The notes under the pieces were generated by a model that saw only the letters and a program-made list of their open reading frames with translations, was not told the DNA's origin and did no database searches. A DNA stretch of 64,000 nucleotides from Dehalococcoidia bacterium (lineage in GTDB: Bacteria > Chloroflexota > Dehalococcoidia > Bin125): the NCBI GenBank assembly GCA_963663235.2, contig CAXXNO010000004.1:1-64000 (forward strand), written 5' to 3'. The position numbers and the translations under genes were made by a program. Each line of letters opens with the position of its first letter. Position 1 is the first letter of the stretch. This document shows, one piece after another, positions 10,560-20,215 of the stretch.

Positions 10560-10653
10560 CCCGGTCTCCGTCGGCCGGGGACAGCATGCCCCGGCCGTTG
10601 TGGCCGGGGTCCCCCAGGGTGGAGCGCGGATGCGCCACGAAGGGGGTGAGTGA

Positions 10654-10745
10654 CGATTGCTCCCTACGCCGGCATTACCCGGATCAGGTTGGCGGGTGTC
10701 ATCTCAGGCTCGGTCCAGGATTGGCCGAGCCACCCCGGCAATACG
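10654..10745 (-). promoter_or_regulatory. TPP riboswitch
   Basis: Minus strand reads ATTGCCGGGGTG...CTGAGA..ACCC..AACCTGATCCGGGTAATGCCGGCGTAGGGAGCAAT, the canonical TPP aptamer core with P1 ATTGC/GCAAT. Confidence 0.95.
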
Positions 10746-10800
10746 ATTCGATTGCGGCGTCATGATACCAACTTGCCGAGGATTGGCAAGACGGCGATCG

Positions 10801-11997
10801 TCAAGGCGCCGGTGCGTCGCGGACGTGCGGGAGGACCTCCGTCGCGAACAGTTCCAGGGAGCGGAGGATCTTGGCGTGAGGGATGACTCCGTTGTACTGC
10901 CAGGCGAACAGCCAGCGCACCGGCGTGGCCTCCAGCATCCGCTTGAGCTGCCGGGTCACCGTCTCGGGGCTGCCGACGAGCAGTGTACCGTTCTCCAGCA
11001 TGTGGGACACCGACGGCAGCTCCGTCTCTCCCGGCTCGATTAGCACGTCGCCGAAGTGGAACGGCGTGAACCACGCCTTTCCCACAAACGCTCCGCCGTG
11101 CTTCCAGAGCTGGAACGCCTCGTCGTCGGTTTCGGCGACGACGACGTCTCGGAGGACACCTAGCCCATCGCCCGGCTGGATCTGGCGGCCCGCCGCCGCA
11201 GCCTCCTCGGCATATAGCGCGTAGAGGTGGTTCTGGAGGGCCAGATGCATGGGCGGCAAGATCGCAGTGACTCCCTCGCGTGCGCACCAGCGGATCGTTC
11301 GTTCACTGGAAGCGAACGGCTGGAAGAGGGGCGGGTGGGGCTTCTGTAGCGGTGTGGGGACGACCCCGATCTGTTGGACGATGCCCTGTTCATCGACGCC
11401 GGTACCCCACTTCTTGGTCGCCTCGAAGTCCCACGGTGTCCCCGGCGGCGGGATCTGCCAGAACTTCGCATGTTCGTCCAGCATCGCGCCCGTCCACGCC
11501 TTCTTGATGATGCGGAAATGCTCCTCGAACGCCTCGCGGTTGGCTTGGTCAATCTCGTCGTGCTGGCCGGCCATGGCGCCGTAGATGCCGTGCAGGTGCT
11601 GGGACATCACATCCACCCAACGCCGTTGGTAGCCGCGCGCAAAGCCAGCGTTGGCGCGTCCGCCGGTCATGTGATCCAGCATGGCGATGTCCTCCGCCAC
11701 GCGTAGCGGGTTCTGTGCCGGCAGCACAATGCCCAGTTGCCCGACGCGGATCCGCTCTGTATGCGCGGCGACGAACAGATCGAGCAAGACGGGGTTGTTC
11801 GAGATCTCGAAGCCCTCGATGTGGAAGTGATGCTCGGTGAAGGAGATCGAGTCGTAGCCCAGAGCGTCGGCGGCCTGGGCCTGCTCCTTCAACTCCGCCA
11901 GCATCTGTTGGTAGAGATCGCCGCGCAGTCCTGCCATCCCCTTCTCGATCTCGCTCCGCGAACCGATGGAAGGCAGATAGAAGAGGCTGACTTGCAT
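10801..11997 (-). CDS. LLM-class flavin-dependent oxidoreductase
   Basis: SFTEHHF, RVAEDIAMLDHMTGGR, PLQKPHPP. Confidence 0.92.
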   Translation of the reverse strand: MQVSLFYLPSIGSRSEIEKGMAGLRGDLYQQMLAELKEQAQAADALGYDSISFTEHHFHIEGFEISNNPVLLDLFVAAHTERIRVGQLGIVLPAQNPLRVAEDIAMLDHMTGGRANAGFARGYQRRWVDVMSQHLHGIYGAMAGQHDEIDQANREAFEEHFRIIKKAWTGAMLDEHAKFWQIPPPGTPWDFEATKKWGTGVDEQGIVQQIGVVPTPLQKPHPPLFQPFASSERTIRWCAREGVTAILPPMHLALQNHLYALYAEEAAAAGRQIQPGDGLGVLRDVVVAETDDEAFQLWKHGGAFVGKAWFTPFHFGDVLIEPGETELPSVSHMLENGTLLVGSPETVTRQLKRMLEATPVRWLFAWQYNGVIPHAKILRSLELFATEVLPHVRDAPAP

Positions 11998-12218
11998 GGG
12001 CTCATCTCCAAGATTCGGAGTTCAGCGGCGATGATAGCGCGCCGATGGGATAGTCGGGCCGGTCTCTGCTCAGCCCGCTGTGCGGCGATGCCTCCAGGCC
12101 TTTCGGCGGTGTGGGGACGCGTGAGCGAGCCGGTGAGCCAGATTCTTGAGCGGCTCGGCGCCACCGGGGAACGAGCCGCCCGACCAACGATTCCCAGTCC
12201 CTGCGCGGAAGTCGATCT

Positions 12219-12393
12219 GGTGCGTGTACATGGATCTCCCCACGTTGACATGTCCGAGGTCGGCCCGGCGCGGAGGCGACGAGGTCGTGTTCATCGGCTG
12301 TCAGGACAACGCCGCGATCAGCGTGAAGGACGTGCCGGCGCTGGCCGGGACCATCGGCGACGATCTGCGCCGTGGCCTCGGCGCCCGCTGGAT
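12219..12393 (+). pseudogene. Frameshifted remnant resembling an alanine racemase C-terminal domain
   Basis: Across frames: RVYMDL..VDMSEV..GDEVVFIG....ISV....LAGTIGDDLRRGLGAR, similar to the Alr pattern GRVCMD..VDV..GDEVVLIG..AGTI.YE.L.GL..R. Confidence 0.5.
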
Positions 12394-12433
12394 GCTGTCG
12401 TGTCCGGTGGTACGGCGGCTCGGATCCGGCGCG

Positions 12434-12703
12434 CTAACCGCCGCCGCGTTGGGCCTTCTTGAGGAAGGCCTCGCGCGCCTTCGCCACTGCGGGCGCGTCG
12501 CCGCGGAAGACTAGGTCGAACTGGGTCAGCTGGAAGCCGCCCCCGGCGATCTGCACCTCTTGCCGGCCCCAGGATACAGACCAAGTCAGCGCGACCATGC
12601 GGGGGGCGTCACCATCGGGTGGGGCTTCCGCGCCCATCTCCGCCAGATAGTCGCGGATCAGCCACTCAGGCAAGCCGCGGATGGACAGCGCGGCCGCAGT
12701 CAC
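12434..12703 (-). CDS. Small AOR-associated protein (DUF1952-like)
   Basis: IRGLPEWLIRDYLAEMG and C-terminal AQRGGG; start overlaps the MoaD-like stop. Confidence 0.7.
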   Translation of the reverse strand: MTAAALSIRGLPEWLIRDYLAEMGAEAPPDGDAPRMVALTWSVSWGRQEVQIAGGGFQLTQFDLVFRGDAPAVAKAREAFLKKAQRGGG

Positions 12704-12978
12704 CTCTTTCCACCGGCAACCGGTGGAAAGATATCCAGTTCGCTGTCCGGTCCCACCGCCGTCTGCAATCCGCCGACGTGGCGAATGTCGCGACCATCAA
12801 CCATGATCGCCACGTAGGGCCGCACCTCTCCGAGTTGGTCCAACAGTCGGTCCGACAGGGCCGGGAAACGACAGATCAACTCCTTGATCACGTCCCCCGC
12901 TGTGGCGCAGCCGTCATCCAAGTCGACCATCCGCCCGCCGACGATCGGCCGCAGCGTCGCGTATACGCGAACGTGCAT
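12700..12978 (-). CDS. MoaD/ThiS-family ubiquitin-like protein
   Basis: VYATLR, VDGRDIR, IFPPVAGG followed by a KR tail. Confidence 0.88.
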   Translation of the reverse strand: MHVRVYATLRPIVGGRMVDLDDGCATAGDVIKELICRFPALSDRLLDQLGEVRPYVAIMVDGRDIRHVGGLQTAVGPDSELDIFPPVAGGKR

Positions 12979-12991
12979 GGAGTGGCCCCAA

Positions 12992-14800
12992 TCAGCGGAG
13001 GATCTGGAGCTCGCGCAGCTTCGCTTCCGGCACGACGCCGTCTTCCCAGCCGCGCGCGGCGTAGTACTCCGCTTTCATCAGGTCCAGCTCGCAGACGGAG
13101 CCCGCGGCCGGGCCGCTGCCGGGCTCTTTGAGAAAGCGCTCTGGGAGCGTGTCATGGCTGCCGTCGAAGCCGGCCAGATTGTTGTAGTAGCGCTCCAAGT
13201 TGTAGATGCGCTCGCCCGCCTCCATCACGTCGTCAGCACTGAGCGGGATCCCCACGATCGCTTCGTATTGCGCCGCGTACTCCTCGGCGCCTTCGGAAAA
13301 GGCGGAGAACTTGCAGAGATCCAGGGAATCACTGAAGGCGTGGAGGTCCTGGAAGATCTTGAGCAGCTCGCCCTTGCCTTTCCACTCCAGCGGGTCGGTC
13401 TTCACGGGAATGCCCAGGATCTCGGATGCGGGTGTGTAGCCGCGCAGGTGGCAGGCGCCGCGGTTGCTGGTGGCGTAGCCCAGGCCCTCGCCCTTGAGCG
13501 CGCGGGGATCGTAGGCGGCCACGGACTGTCCCTTGACGGCCATGCCGATCTCGGGGTGGCCGAAGGCGGCGGCGCCCCGGGCGGTGCCGTCGGCGAGGGT
13601 GTTGCCGATGCCTTCGCGGCGCACGATCAGATCGGCGGTTGCGACCATGGCGGCGCCGTCGCCCCAGGCGAGTCCGGGCCCGCTGACGAACTGCCGCTCG
13701 GTGGCTTCCATGTACATGGAGAGGACGTTGCCGATCTCAATGGCGTCCATGCCGTGATCGTTGCACTGGTCGATGATCTTGGCGACGACGCCGACGTCGT
13801 CGTTGTCGCAGTTGGCGCCGATCGACCAGGCCGGCTCGTACTCAAACGATTCCATGCGCAGGCCCTTGTAGGGCCCGTCTTTGATTTCGATCTCTTTCTT
13901 GCAGGCCACGGGGCAGGCGTGACAGGTGGGCTCCGCGACGAGGACGGTCTCCCGGATCGTCTCGCCGCTGAGCTTCTCCGCGCCGGCGAACATGGTCTTC
14001 TGGGAGTTGCGCGTGCCGAGGCCGCCTAATGCGTTGACCGGGTTCGTGAGCACATTGGTGCCGTAGACGGAGAGGCCGCCCTTGTTGGGGCCGGTGACCT
14101 CGCTGTCCAGGATGGTCTTGAGCGCGCGCTGGTGGGCGGCCTTCCACTTGTCGCGGTCCTTCGGCTTGGGCATGGCCTTCTTGTTGGCCTTGACCACCAC
14201 GGCCTTGAGGTTCTTGGATCCGGCGACGGCGCCAGTGCCGCCGCGCCCCGCGGCGCGGTCGTCTTCGTTCATGATGGCGGCGAAGAGCACTTGGTTCTCG
14301 CCCGCTTCGCCAATGGCCATGACGGAGAGGTCGTCGCCATAGCGGTCCTTGAAGATGCGCACGGTCTCGTGGATGCCCTTGCCCCAGACATCGCCGGCGG
14401 GGCGGAGCTCCAGCGTGCCGTTCTCCACGTAGGCGTAGACGGGAGCGTCCGCCTTGCCGGTGAAGAGCAGCGCGTCGAAGCCGGCCCAGCGCAGGCGGGC
14501 GGCGCTCCAGCCCCCCTGGTGACTGTCAGTGACGGTCCCGGTCAGCGGCGACTTCGTCACGAACGCTAGGCGGCCGCTCATTGTCGCTTCGGTGCCGGTG
14601 AGTGGCCCGTTGACGAGGCCGAGCAGGTTCTCCGGGCCGAGGGGGTCGACGTGGGGACCGTTGTCGAGGACGTACTTGACGCCGAGACCGCGGGCGCCGA
14701 TGTAGAGGCGCGCATCATCCTCGTTGATGCCTTCGTACGTGACCGATCCGCTGGTCAGATCGATCCTCGCCACGTGATTGGCGAATCCACCTAATGCCAC
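12992..14800 (-). CDS. aor: Aldehyde:ferredoxin oxidoreductase (W/Mo-pterin)
   Basis: KSPLTG, AAGRGGTGAVAGSKNLKA, CHACPVACK, EYE, NRGACH. Confidence 0.94.
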   Translation of the reverse strand: MALGGFANHVARIDLTSGSVTYEGINEDDARLYIGARGLGVKYVLDNGPHVDPLGPENLLGLVNGPLTGTEATMSGRLAFVTKSPLTGTVTDSHQGGWSAARLRWAGFDALLFTGKADAPVYAYVENGTLELRPAGDVWGKGIHETVRIFKDRYGDDLSVMAIGEAGENQVLFAAIMNEDDRAAGRGGTGAVAGSKNLKAVVVKANKKAMPKPKDRDKWKAAHQRALKTILDSEVTGPNKGGLSVYGTNVLTNPVNALGGLGTRNSQKTMFAGAEKLSGETIRETVLVAEPTCHACPVACKKEIEIKDGPYKGLRMESFEYEPAWSIGANCDNDDVGVVAKIIDQCNDHGMDAIEIGNVLSMYMEATERQFVSGPGLAWGDGAAMVATADLIVRREGIGNTLADGTARGAAAFGHPEIGMAVKGQSVAAYDPRALKGEGLGYATSNRGACHLRGYTPASEILGIPVKTDPLEWKGKGELLKIFQDLHAFSDSLDLCKFSAFSEGAEEYAAQYEAIVGIPLSADDVMEAGERIYNLERYYNNLAGFDGSHDTLPERFLKEPGSGPAAGSVCELDLMKAEYYAARGWEDGVVPEAKLRELQILR

Positions 14801-14854
14801 GGGACGACTCCTTCTACTGGCGCGCGATCGCGTACGCGCATATCAGACGGCCGG

Positions 14855-14860
14855 ATTATA
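14855..14860 (-). promoter_or_regulatory. Candidate sigma70 -10 box upstream of aor
   Basis: Perfect TATAAT about 55 bp upstream of the start in a GC-rich background; no properly spaced -35 seen. Confidence 0.4.
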
Positions 14861-15031
14861 GCGTGTCGTGTGCAAGCGCCGCACCGCCTGTCGGCGCGGC
14901 CGACGGGCCGTGCTGGTCAATGTGAGCCGTTTGCGCAACAGATGAATCGGGAGCACACGTGACGCCACATCTTCCCAGTCCTGGACGCCGTTCACGGTGG
15001 GCATGACCCGGGGCAATCCAGGCCTCCTGCG

Positions 15032-15496
15032 CTACGCTTTGCTCGCCGCTTCGCCGGCGCGGTGCCGTAACTCTTCCTCGATCTGCGTGAAGAACTGCCC
15101 GAGGATCTTCGTTGCGACGCTCCGCAGCAACCGCTGGCCCATCGCTGCAATGGGCCCGAAGGCGCTGGCTTCGCCTTCGTAGAATACCTTGGTCCCGCCC
15201 TCCGCCTCCTGGAGTTGCACAGAACCCTCGCCACGCACACGTCCGGGGCCGCCGCCACCCTCCACGGCCATTCGGTAGCGCTCGGGCGGCTCCAGATCGA
15301 AGATCCGGACCTTCCCGCGATACGTCCCTTTGATCGCCGCGATGCGGATGCTGATCTTGGCGTCGTATTCGCCGTCGCCCGTGCTGGAGAACTCCTCACA
15401 GCCCGGCATCGTCTGTTGGAGCACCGCGGGATCCTGTAGCGCCGCCCACACGGTTTCACGAGGGAATGGGAAGGTGTGGCCGCCAGTGATCTGCAT
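15032..15496 (-). CDS. CoxG/SRPBCC family protein
   Basis: ETVWAALQDPAVL..MPGCE, IAAMGQRLL. Confidence 0.88.
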   Translation of the reverse strand: MQITGGHTFPFPRETVWAALQDPAVLQQTMPGCEEFSSTGDGEYDAKISIRIAAIKGTYRGKVRIFDLEPPERYRMAVEGGGGPGRVRGEGSVQLQEAEGGTKVFYEGEASAFGPIAAMGQRLLRSVATKILGQFFTQIEEELRHRAGEAASKA

Positions 15497-15610
15497 CGTT
15501 ATCCAGAAATCCGACATCGGCCGGCTCGGGCGGCATAGCCTAGCCGATGGCGTGACCGCACGTGAGGCGAAGTCCAGACATCACCATAGCTCAAGATCTG
15601 ATCATCCCCC

Positions 15611-15907
15611 TCAGCGGCGGAACTTGGCTGTCAGCCCGCGGATGGTTGGCGCCCCGGCACTTTCGACCGACTGCTCGACCTTGATCACCGTCACGAGGCT
15701 CGCCGCGCCCGACGTCAGGCAAGCCTCGTGGACACGTCTCAGCAACGGCCAGACCCGTTCTGGCTCGCCTTCGATCGTGGTGCCGAGGGCATCGACCTCG
15801 TACGTGAGGCCCGACCCCTCGATCTGGGCGATGGCCGCTTCGACATGCCGGTAGGGCTCCTCCGGCGTGCCCGGAGGGTTTGGCAGGCACTGCACCTCGA
15901 CGATCAT
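15611..15907 (-). CDS. MTH1187/YkoF-type thiamine-binding protein
   Basis: SGLTYEVDALGTTIEG, LVTVIKV; ATG overlaps the upstream stop (ATGA). Confidence 0.85.
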   Translation of the reverse strand: MIVEVQCLPNPPGTPEEPYRHVEAAIAQIEGSGLTYEVDALGTTIEGEPERVWPLLRRVHEACLTSGAASLVTVIKVEQSVESAGAPTIRGLTAKFRR

Positions 15908-16470
15908 GCGGGCCCGCCTGGCCGTCCGTCGGCCTCGGTGAGGGCCGCGATAATGCCGGGACCGAGCGGGAGCGCAGCCTCTGCGATCCCCGTGCGGCTC
16001 AGGCCGAACAGGCTGGGATCGAGCGTGAGGATGGGGAACTCGGCGCGTCCCAGCACCGCTGCCGTCTCTGCGGCGATGGAGCAAAGCCCGTCTGTGATCA
16101 GGAGGACCGCTGGTCGGCCGCAGCCCTCGACCGCTATTGCGTCGCGCACACTGCGCGACGAGCAGGTCGCTCAATCGCCGGCGGCGAACACCAGCGCTTC
16201 GAATTGGCGGGCCATCGCCGGGGCCCAGATCTCGGACGGTTCGCCCCCAACCTGGAGGCGCGGGACCCGCTCGAAGGCGATGCCTGGCCAGCGCGATGCC
16301 AGCGCCTGCTCCACTCCGTCCAGGATCCCCTGTCCCCACATGCCGCTCGGATTGAGCATGCAGTCCACAAGTCCCACCCGCGCTTCCGCGAGGGAGGGAG
16401 GGCGTGGGGGAGCGCTGCGTCGCTGAAACGACTCGGCGACTGGGCTGATCATGCGTTCGCTGGTAGTCAC
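15904..16470 (-). CDS. UGSC-like selenoprotein (in-frame UGA at 16171-16173; motif GD-U-ATC)
   Basis: ORFs 16171-16470 and 15904-16149 are one frame separated by a single TGA, followed by a SECIS-like hairpin. Confidence 0.8.
16128..16169 (-). promoter_or_regulatory. Bacterial SECIS-like stem-loop
   Basis: After TGA: G-CGACC-T-GCT-CGTCGCGCA-GTG-TGCGCGACG-CAAT-AGC-GGTCG; G-starting apical loop 19 nt after the UGA. Confidence 0.7.
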
Positions 16471-17489
16471 GGCAACTCCTCCACTGGCTGTGTCACGCTA
16501 CTTCCCATTCCGAACACGATCGCGGTGTAACCGCCGTAGGGACCGCCGGCCACCGTCACGACCACTCGCTCGGGATGATCGACAATCGAGATCAGGTCGT
16601 CGTCGGCGGCGCCTTTCAGCGCCTCGGAGTACGGCGGCACCTCCGCGAAGCCGTGCAGGCCGCTTCGTCGCAGCCGCCCCGCTGGGAGGCGCGCGTGCTC
16701 GTAGATGAAGCGGCGGACGTCCGCCTTGCTCCAGCCGGCGTCGGCGATGATGTTGGCGTGGTCTGGCCCCATGACCAACCATAACTCCTCGCGGAAGAAG
16801 GCGTTGTAGCTGCCGGGGATCGCGGCGGACTCGGCGATCGTCGTGAGGATCGACTCGGGATCGGGCCGTCCCATCTCAGCGATGCAGAGGGGGGCGTCGG
16901 CGCCGAACACGGTCACAACAGACTGATCGGGGGGGAAGCCCCGCTCGACTGAGAGCGGCTCCCAGGGCGATAGAGCGGTGTTCTCCGTGTAGCAGAAGCT
17001 GTACTTCCCCGGGTGTCCCAGCGTCGCGGGATCGAGCCCACCCGGGCGCGCTCCCGCGATGTTCTGCATGCAGAGGAGCAGCGCCCGGCCGATCGTCGCG
17101 TTCGCGCGATTGCCTGCTCCCAGCGCGCCGGTGCCGCCGTTCATGCCTACTTCAGACGCGAGCGGCCCGCTAACGAGCAACATGGGGCTGCATGAGTGGA
17201 CCGTGGTGAGAATCGCTTCCAGCCCCAACGATGGCTCGGCGGCCGCCCGCACCGCCGCCACGACGACCGGAAAAGACGAGGGCAGGCAACCGGCCATCAC
17301 CGCGTTGGCGGCGACCTTCTCCAGCGTCGCGATTCCGCCGCTTGGGAGGAGCGTGGCGATCTCGTGGTGCCGCCGGGCGGCGGAATCGCCCAGCATGGCG
17401 TCCACCCGCTCCGGCGTCGGCGGGATGACCGGCAGGCCGTCGGTCCAGCCCAATTCGTAGCAGGCCTGGATGTCGTCGTATTCCGTCAT
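16467..17489 (-). CDS. Conserved hypothetical protein (GWTDGLPVIPPT family), typical neighbour of UGSC selenoproteins
   Basis: GWTDGLPVIPPTPERV, AANAVMAGC, RANATIGRAL, HPGKYSFC; the ORF-track N-terminal extension is only antisense to the next gene. Confidence 0.85.
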   Translation of the reverse strand: MTEYDDIQACYELGWTDGLPVIPPTPERVDAMLGDSAARRHHEIATLLPSGGIATLEKVAANAVMAGCLPSSFPVVVAAVRAAAEPSLGLEAILTTVHSCSPMLLVSGPLASEVGMNGGTGALGAGNRANATIGRALLLCMQNIAGARPGGLDPATLGHPGKYSFCYTENTALSPWEPLSVERGFPPDQSVVTVFGADAPLCIAEMGRPDPESILTTIAESAAIPGSYNAFFREELWLVMGPDHANIIADAGWSKADVRRFIYEHARLPAGRLRRSGLHGFAEVPPYSEALKGAADDDLISIVDHPERVVVTVAGGPYGGYTAIVFGMGSSVTQPVEELP

Positions 17490-17627
17490 CGGACTCTGCC
17501 GCCCCTGCGCCCCATTCGCGCTTGCTCCCACTTTATACGGGAAGCGCAGGGGCTCCGGAAGGGTAGACAGCCGGGCCGTCGGCGTGTAGGTGATGGGGAC
17601 GGTCGGACGTGAGCAGGGAGGCGGACG

Positions 17628-19343
17628 GTGGTCACTGCGAAAGAGATGATTGCGAATGTCCTGGCGGAGGCCGGCATCAAGTATGTCTTTGGCTTGCCGG
17701 GCGGCGCCACGCTGGAGCTCTTCGACGGGCTCTTCTCTAAGCGTGACGAGATTCGTTCCGTCTTGGTCCGCCATGAGCACGGGGCGGCGATCATGGCCGA
17801 CGCGTATGCGCGGCTGACCGGCCGGCCCGCGGTGATCATGGGCCAAGGCGCCTTCATGGGCTCCAATGCCGCCTTCGGCATCATGGAAGCCTTCGCCAGC
17901 AGCTCGCCGATGGTGGTGATCGCCGACACGTCGGACTCGGGCATGGCTCAGCATCCGGCCAACCAGTCCGTCACCGGTGACTACGGCAGCCCCGACCTGC
18001 TTGCCATTTTCCGCGCCATGACGAAGTACACCACGCTGGCCACGACTCCGAAGGAGGCCGTGGTGGGCGTCCAGATGGCGATCAAGCACGCCACCAGCGG
18101 ACGCCCAGGCCCCGCAGCGGTCGTGTTTCGCAGCAGCGCCGTGACGGGCGACGTCGACACTGAGAGAGCGCCGTTCATTCACCCCACACGGGGGTACCTG
18201 ACGACCAGCAAACCGGTCGCGCCCCAGCAGGACATCGACCGCGCCGTAGAGATCCTGGCAGGCGCGCGCAACCCAGTCCTCGTGGCGGGCAACGGCGTGC
18301 ACATGGCCGACGCGCACTCGGAGGTGCGAGAGCTGGCAGAACTGCTGGGGATGCCCGTGGCCACCTCGTATAAGGGCAAGAGCGCCATTGCCGAGACGCA
18401 TCCGCTGGCCGTCGGGATGGTGGGAGTCTTCGGGCAAGAGCTCGCGAACGCGGTGGTCGGCGAGGCCGATGTCGTCCTGGTGGTCGGTGCAAAGTTGACG
18501 CCGCAGGATACGGTTCGGGAACGAGCGTCCGTGTTCGATCCCACGCGGCAGAAGATTCTCCAGATCGACATCGATCCACGGAATGCCGGCTGGACCTTCC
18601 CCGTGGAGCTCGGACTGGTCGGCGACGCCCGCGCGGTCCTGCAGCAGATCATCGTCGCTGGCAAGGAAGCGCTGGTGGAGGTTCCGCCGGACTCGCAGGC
18701 GCGTACCGCAGCCTTACAGGAGACGAAGCGCCAGCACTCATACTACGAGGATGAGACACTGCACGCCGACACGTCGCCGCCGACGCCGCAGCGTCTGGTC
18801 CGGCTCATGCAGGAGACCCTGGATCCCTCGACACTGTTCGCCCTCGATGCGGGGAACAACCGTGTCTGGATGTGCCACTTTTACCAGTCGCAGACGCCGA
18901 AGACGTTCTTCTGCCCCGGTGGGATGGCCGGGATGGGCTGGGCGCTACCGGCGGCGCTAGCATTGAAGCTCGCTGCTCCACAGCGGCCGGTGATCGGCGT
19001 GGCCGGCGACGGCGGGTTCGTCATGTCCGTGCACGCCTTGGCCACGGCGGTTCAATACGAGCTGCCGGTGGTGTACGTCGTCATGAACGACTCGTCCCTC
19101 GGCATGGTGCGCCAGCATCAGAAGGATCGGATTATCGCCTCGGAGTTCGGTCGCGTGGACAATGCGCGGATCGCGGCGGGATTCGGCGCGCACGGCATCC
19201 GCGTTGACGACCCGCGTGATTTCCCGGATGCGCTGCGAGAAGCGCTCGCCTGTGGCCGGCCGGCCGTCGTCGACGTAGTCATCGACCGGGAACCGGCGAT
19301 CGATGACTACCGCGTGGTTCCGCGTCGCATTACCGAGACTTAG
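17628..19343 (+). CDS. Thiamine-diphosphate-dependent enzyme (acetolactate synthase-like)
   Basis: FGLPGG, VRHEHGA, GDGGF...MND ThDP motif. Confidence 0.92.
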   Translation: MVTAKEMIANVLAEAGIKYVFGLPGGATLELFDGLFSKRDEIRSVLVRHEHGAAIMADAYARLTGRPAVIMGQGAFMGSNAAFGIMEAFASSSPMVVIADTSDSGMAQHPANQSVTGDYGSPDLLAIFRAMTKYTTLATTPKEAVVGVQMAIKHATSGRPGPAAVVFRSSAVTGDVDTERAPFIHPTRGYLTTSKPVAPQQDIDRAVEILAGARNPVLVAGNGVHMADAHSEVRELAELLGMPVATSYKGKSAIAETHPLAVGMVGVFGQELANAVVGEADVVLVVGAKLTPQDTVRERASVFDPTRQKILQIDIDPRNAGWTFPVELGLVGDARAVLQQIIVAGKEALVEVPPDSQARTAALQETKRQHSYYEDETLHADTSPPTPQRLVRLMQETLDPSTLFALDAGNNRVWMCHFYQSQTPKTFFCPGGMAGMGWALPAALALKLAAPQRPVIGVAGDGGFVMSVHALATAVQYELPVVYVVMNDSSLGMVRQHQKDRIIASEFGRVDNARIAAGFGAHGIRVDDPRDFPDALREALACGRPAVVDVVIDREPAIDDYRVVPRRITET

Positions 19344-19390
19344 GATCTCACCGCGGCCTGGAAGCCGCGCGACTGCTGGAGGAGGGCTCC

Positions 19391-20161
19391 ATGCTGCTGG
19401 AGGGCAAGAAGGTGGTGGCGACCAGTGCTGGCAGTATCGGGACGGTGATCGCCCGAGAGCTGCTGCGGCACGGTGCCGAAGTTGAGGTCTGGGATATCGA
19501 CGAGGATGCGCTGGCCCGGATGCGTGACGCAGCCACCGTTGACGGCCGACGCGCGGCGACTCGGGTCATGGACGTGACCTCGGAGAGATCGGTTGCAGAC
19601 GCTGCGGCGGCGGCGATCGCGGCACTCGGCCATGTGGACGCGCTCGTATGCACCGCCGCCGTCCTCGATTTCGCGCCGGTCGCCACCATGACCCTGGACC
19701 AGTGGCGACGCACGATCGATGTAAACCTCACGGGAGTGTTTCTCTGCAACCGGGCGTTCGTGTCGCACATGATGGATCGCCGCCAGGGCAGCATCATCAA
19801 CATCTCCTCGGCGGGCGGTCTGCGAGGGCAGCCGGATCTCGCCCATTACTGCGCCAGTAAATTCGGCGTCAACGGCTTCAGTGAATCGCTGGCGCGCGAG
19901 GTGGGGCCGGCCAACGTGCGGGTGAATGCGATCTGTCCCGGCTGGGTCGATGCCCGAATGGGCGATGCGGTCCTGGAGTGGTATTCGAACCGGTGGGACA
20001 TGAGAGAGGAGGAGCTACGGCAGCGCGTCGTCGCGGACACCGCGCTGCGGCGATTCGCGCTACCGACGGACGTGGCCAACGCGGTGATCTTCCTCGCCTC
20101 GGATCTCTCGACGTTCGTCACGGGGGAGGCGCTGCCGGTGACCGGAGGCCTGACGTACTAA
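19391..20161 (+). CDS. Short-chain dehydrogenase/reductase
   Basis: INISS, YCASK, VRVNAICPG; GGAGG RBS. Confidence 0.9.
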   Translation: MLLEGKKVVATSAGSIGTVIARELLRHGAEVEVWDIDEDALARMRDAATVDGRRAATRVMDVTSERSVADAAAAAIAALGHVDALVCTAAVLDFAPVATMTLDQWRRTIDVNLTGVFLCNRAFVSHMMDRRQGSIINISSAGGLRGQPDLAHYCASKFGVNGFSESLAREVGPANVRVNAICPGWVDARMGDAVLEWYSNRWDMREEELRQRVVADTALRRFALPTDVANAVIFLASDLSTFVTGEALPVTGGLTY

Positions 20162-20215
20162 CGTCGGCGGCCCGGCGCCCGCCGCTTGCCGGTGGTGGCC
20201 ACCAGAGGCCGCGCC

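Noticed and set aside
17490-18437. N-terminal 316 aa of the 656-aa ORF
   Set aside because: Antisense shadow of the ThDP enzyme; the family motif begins at 17489.
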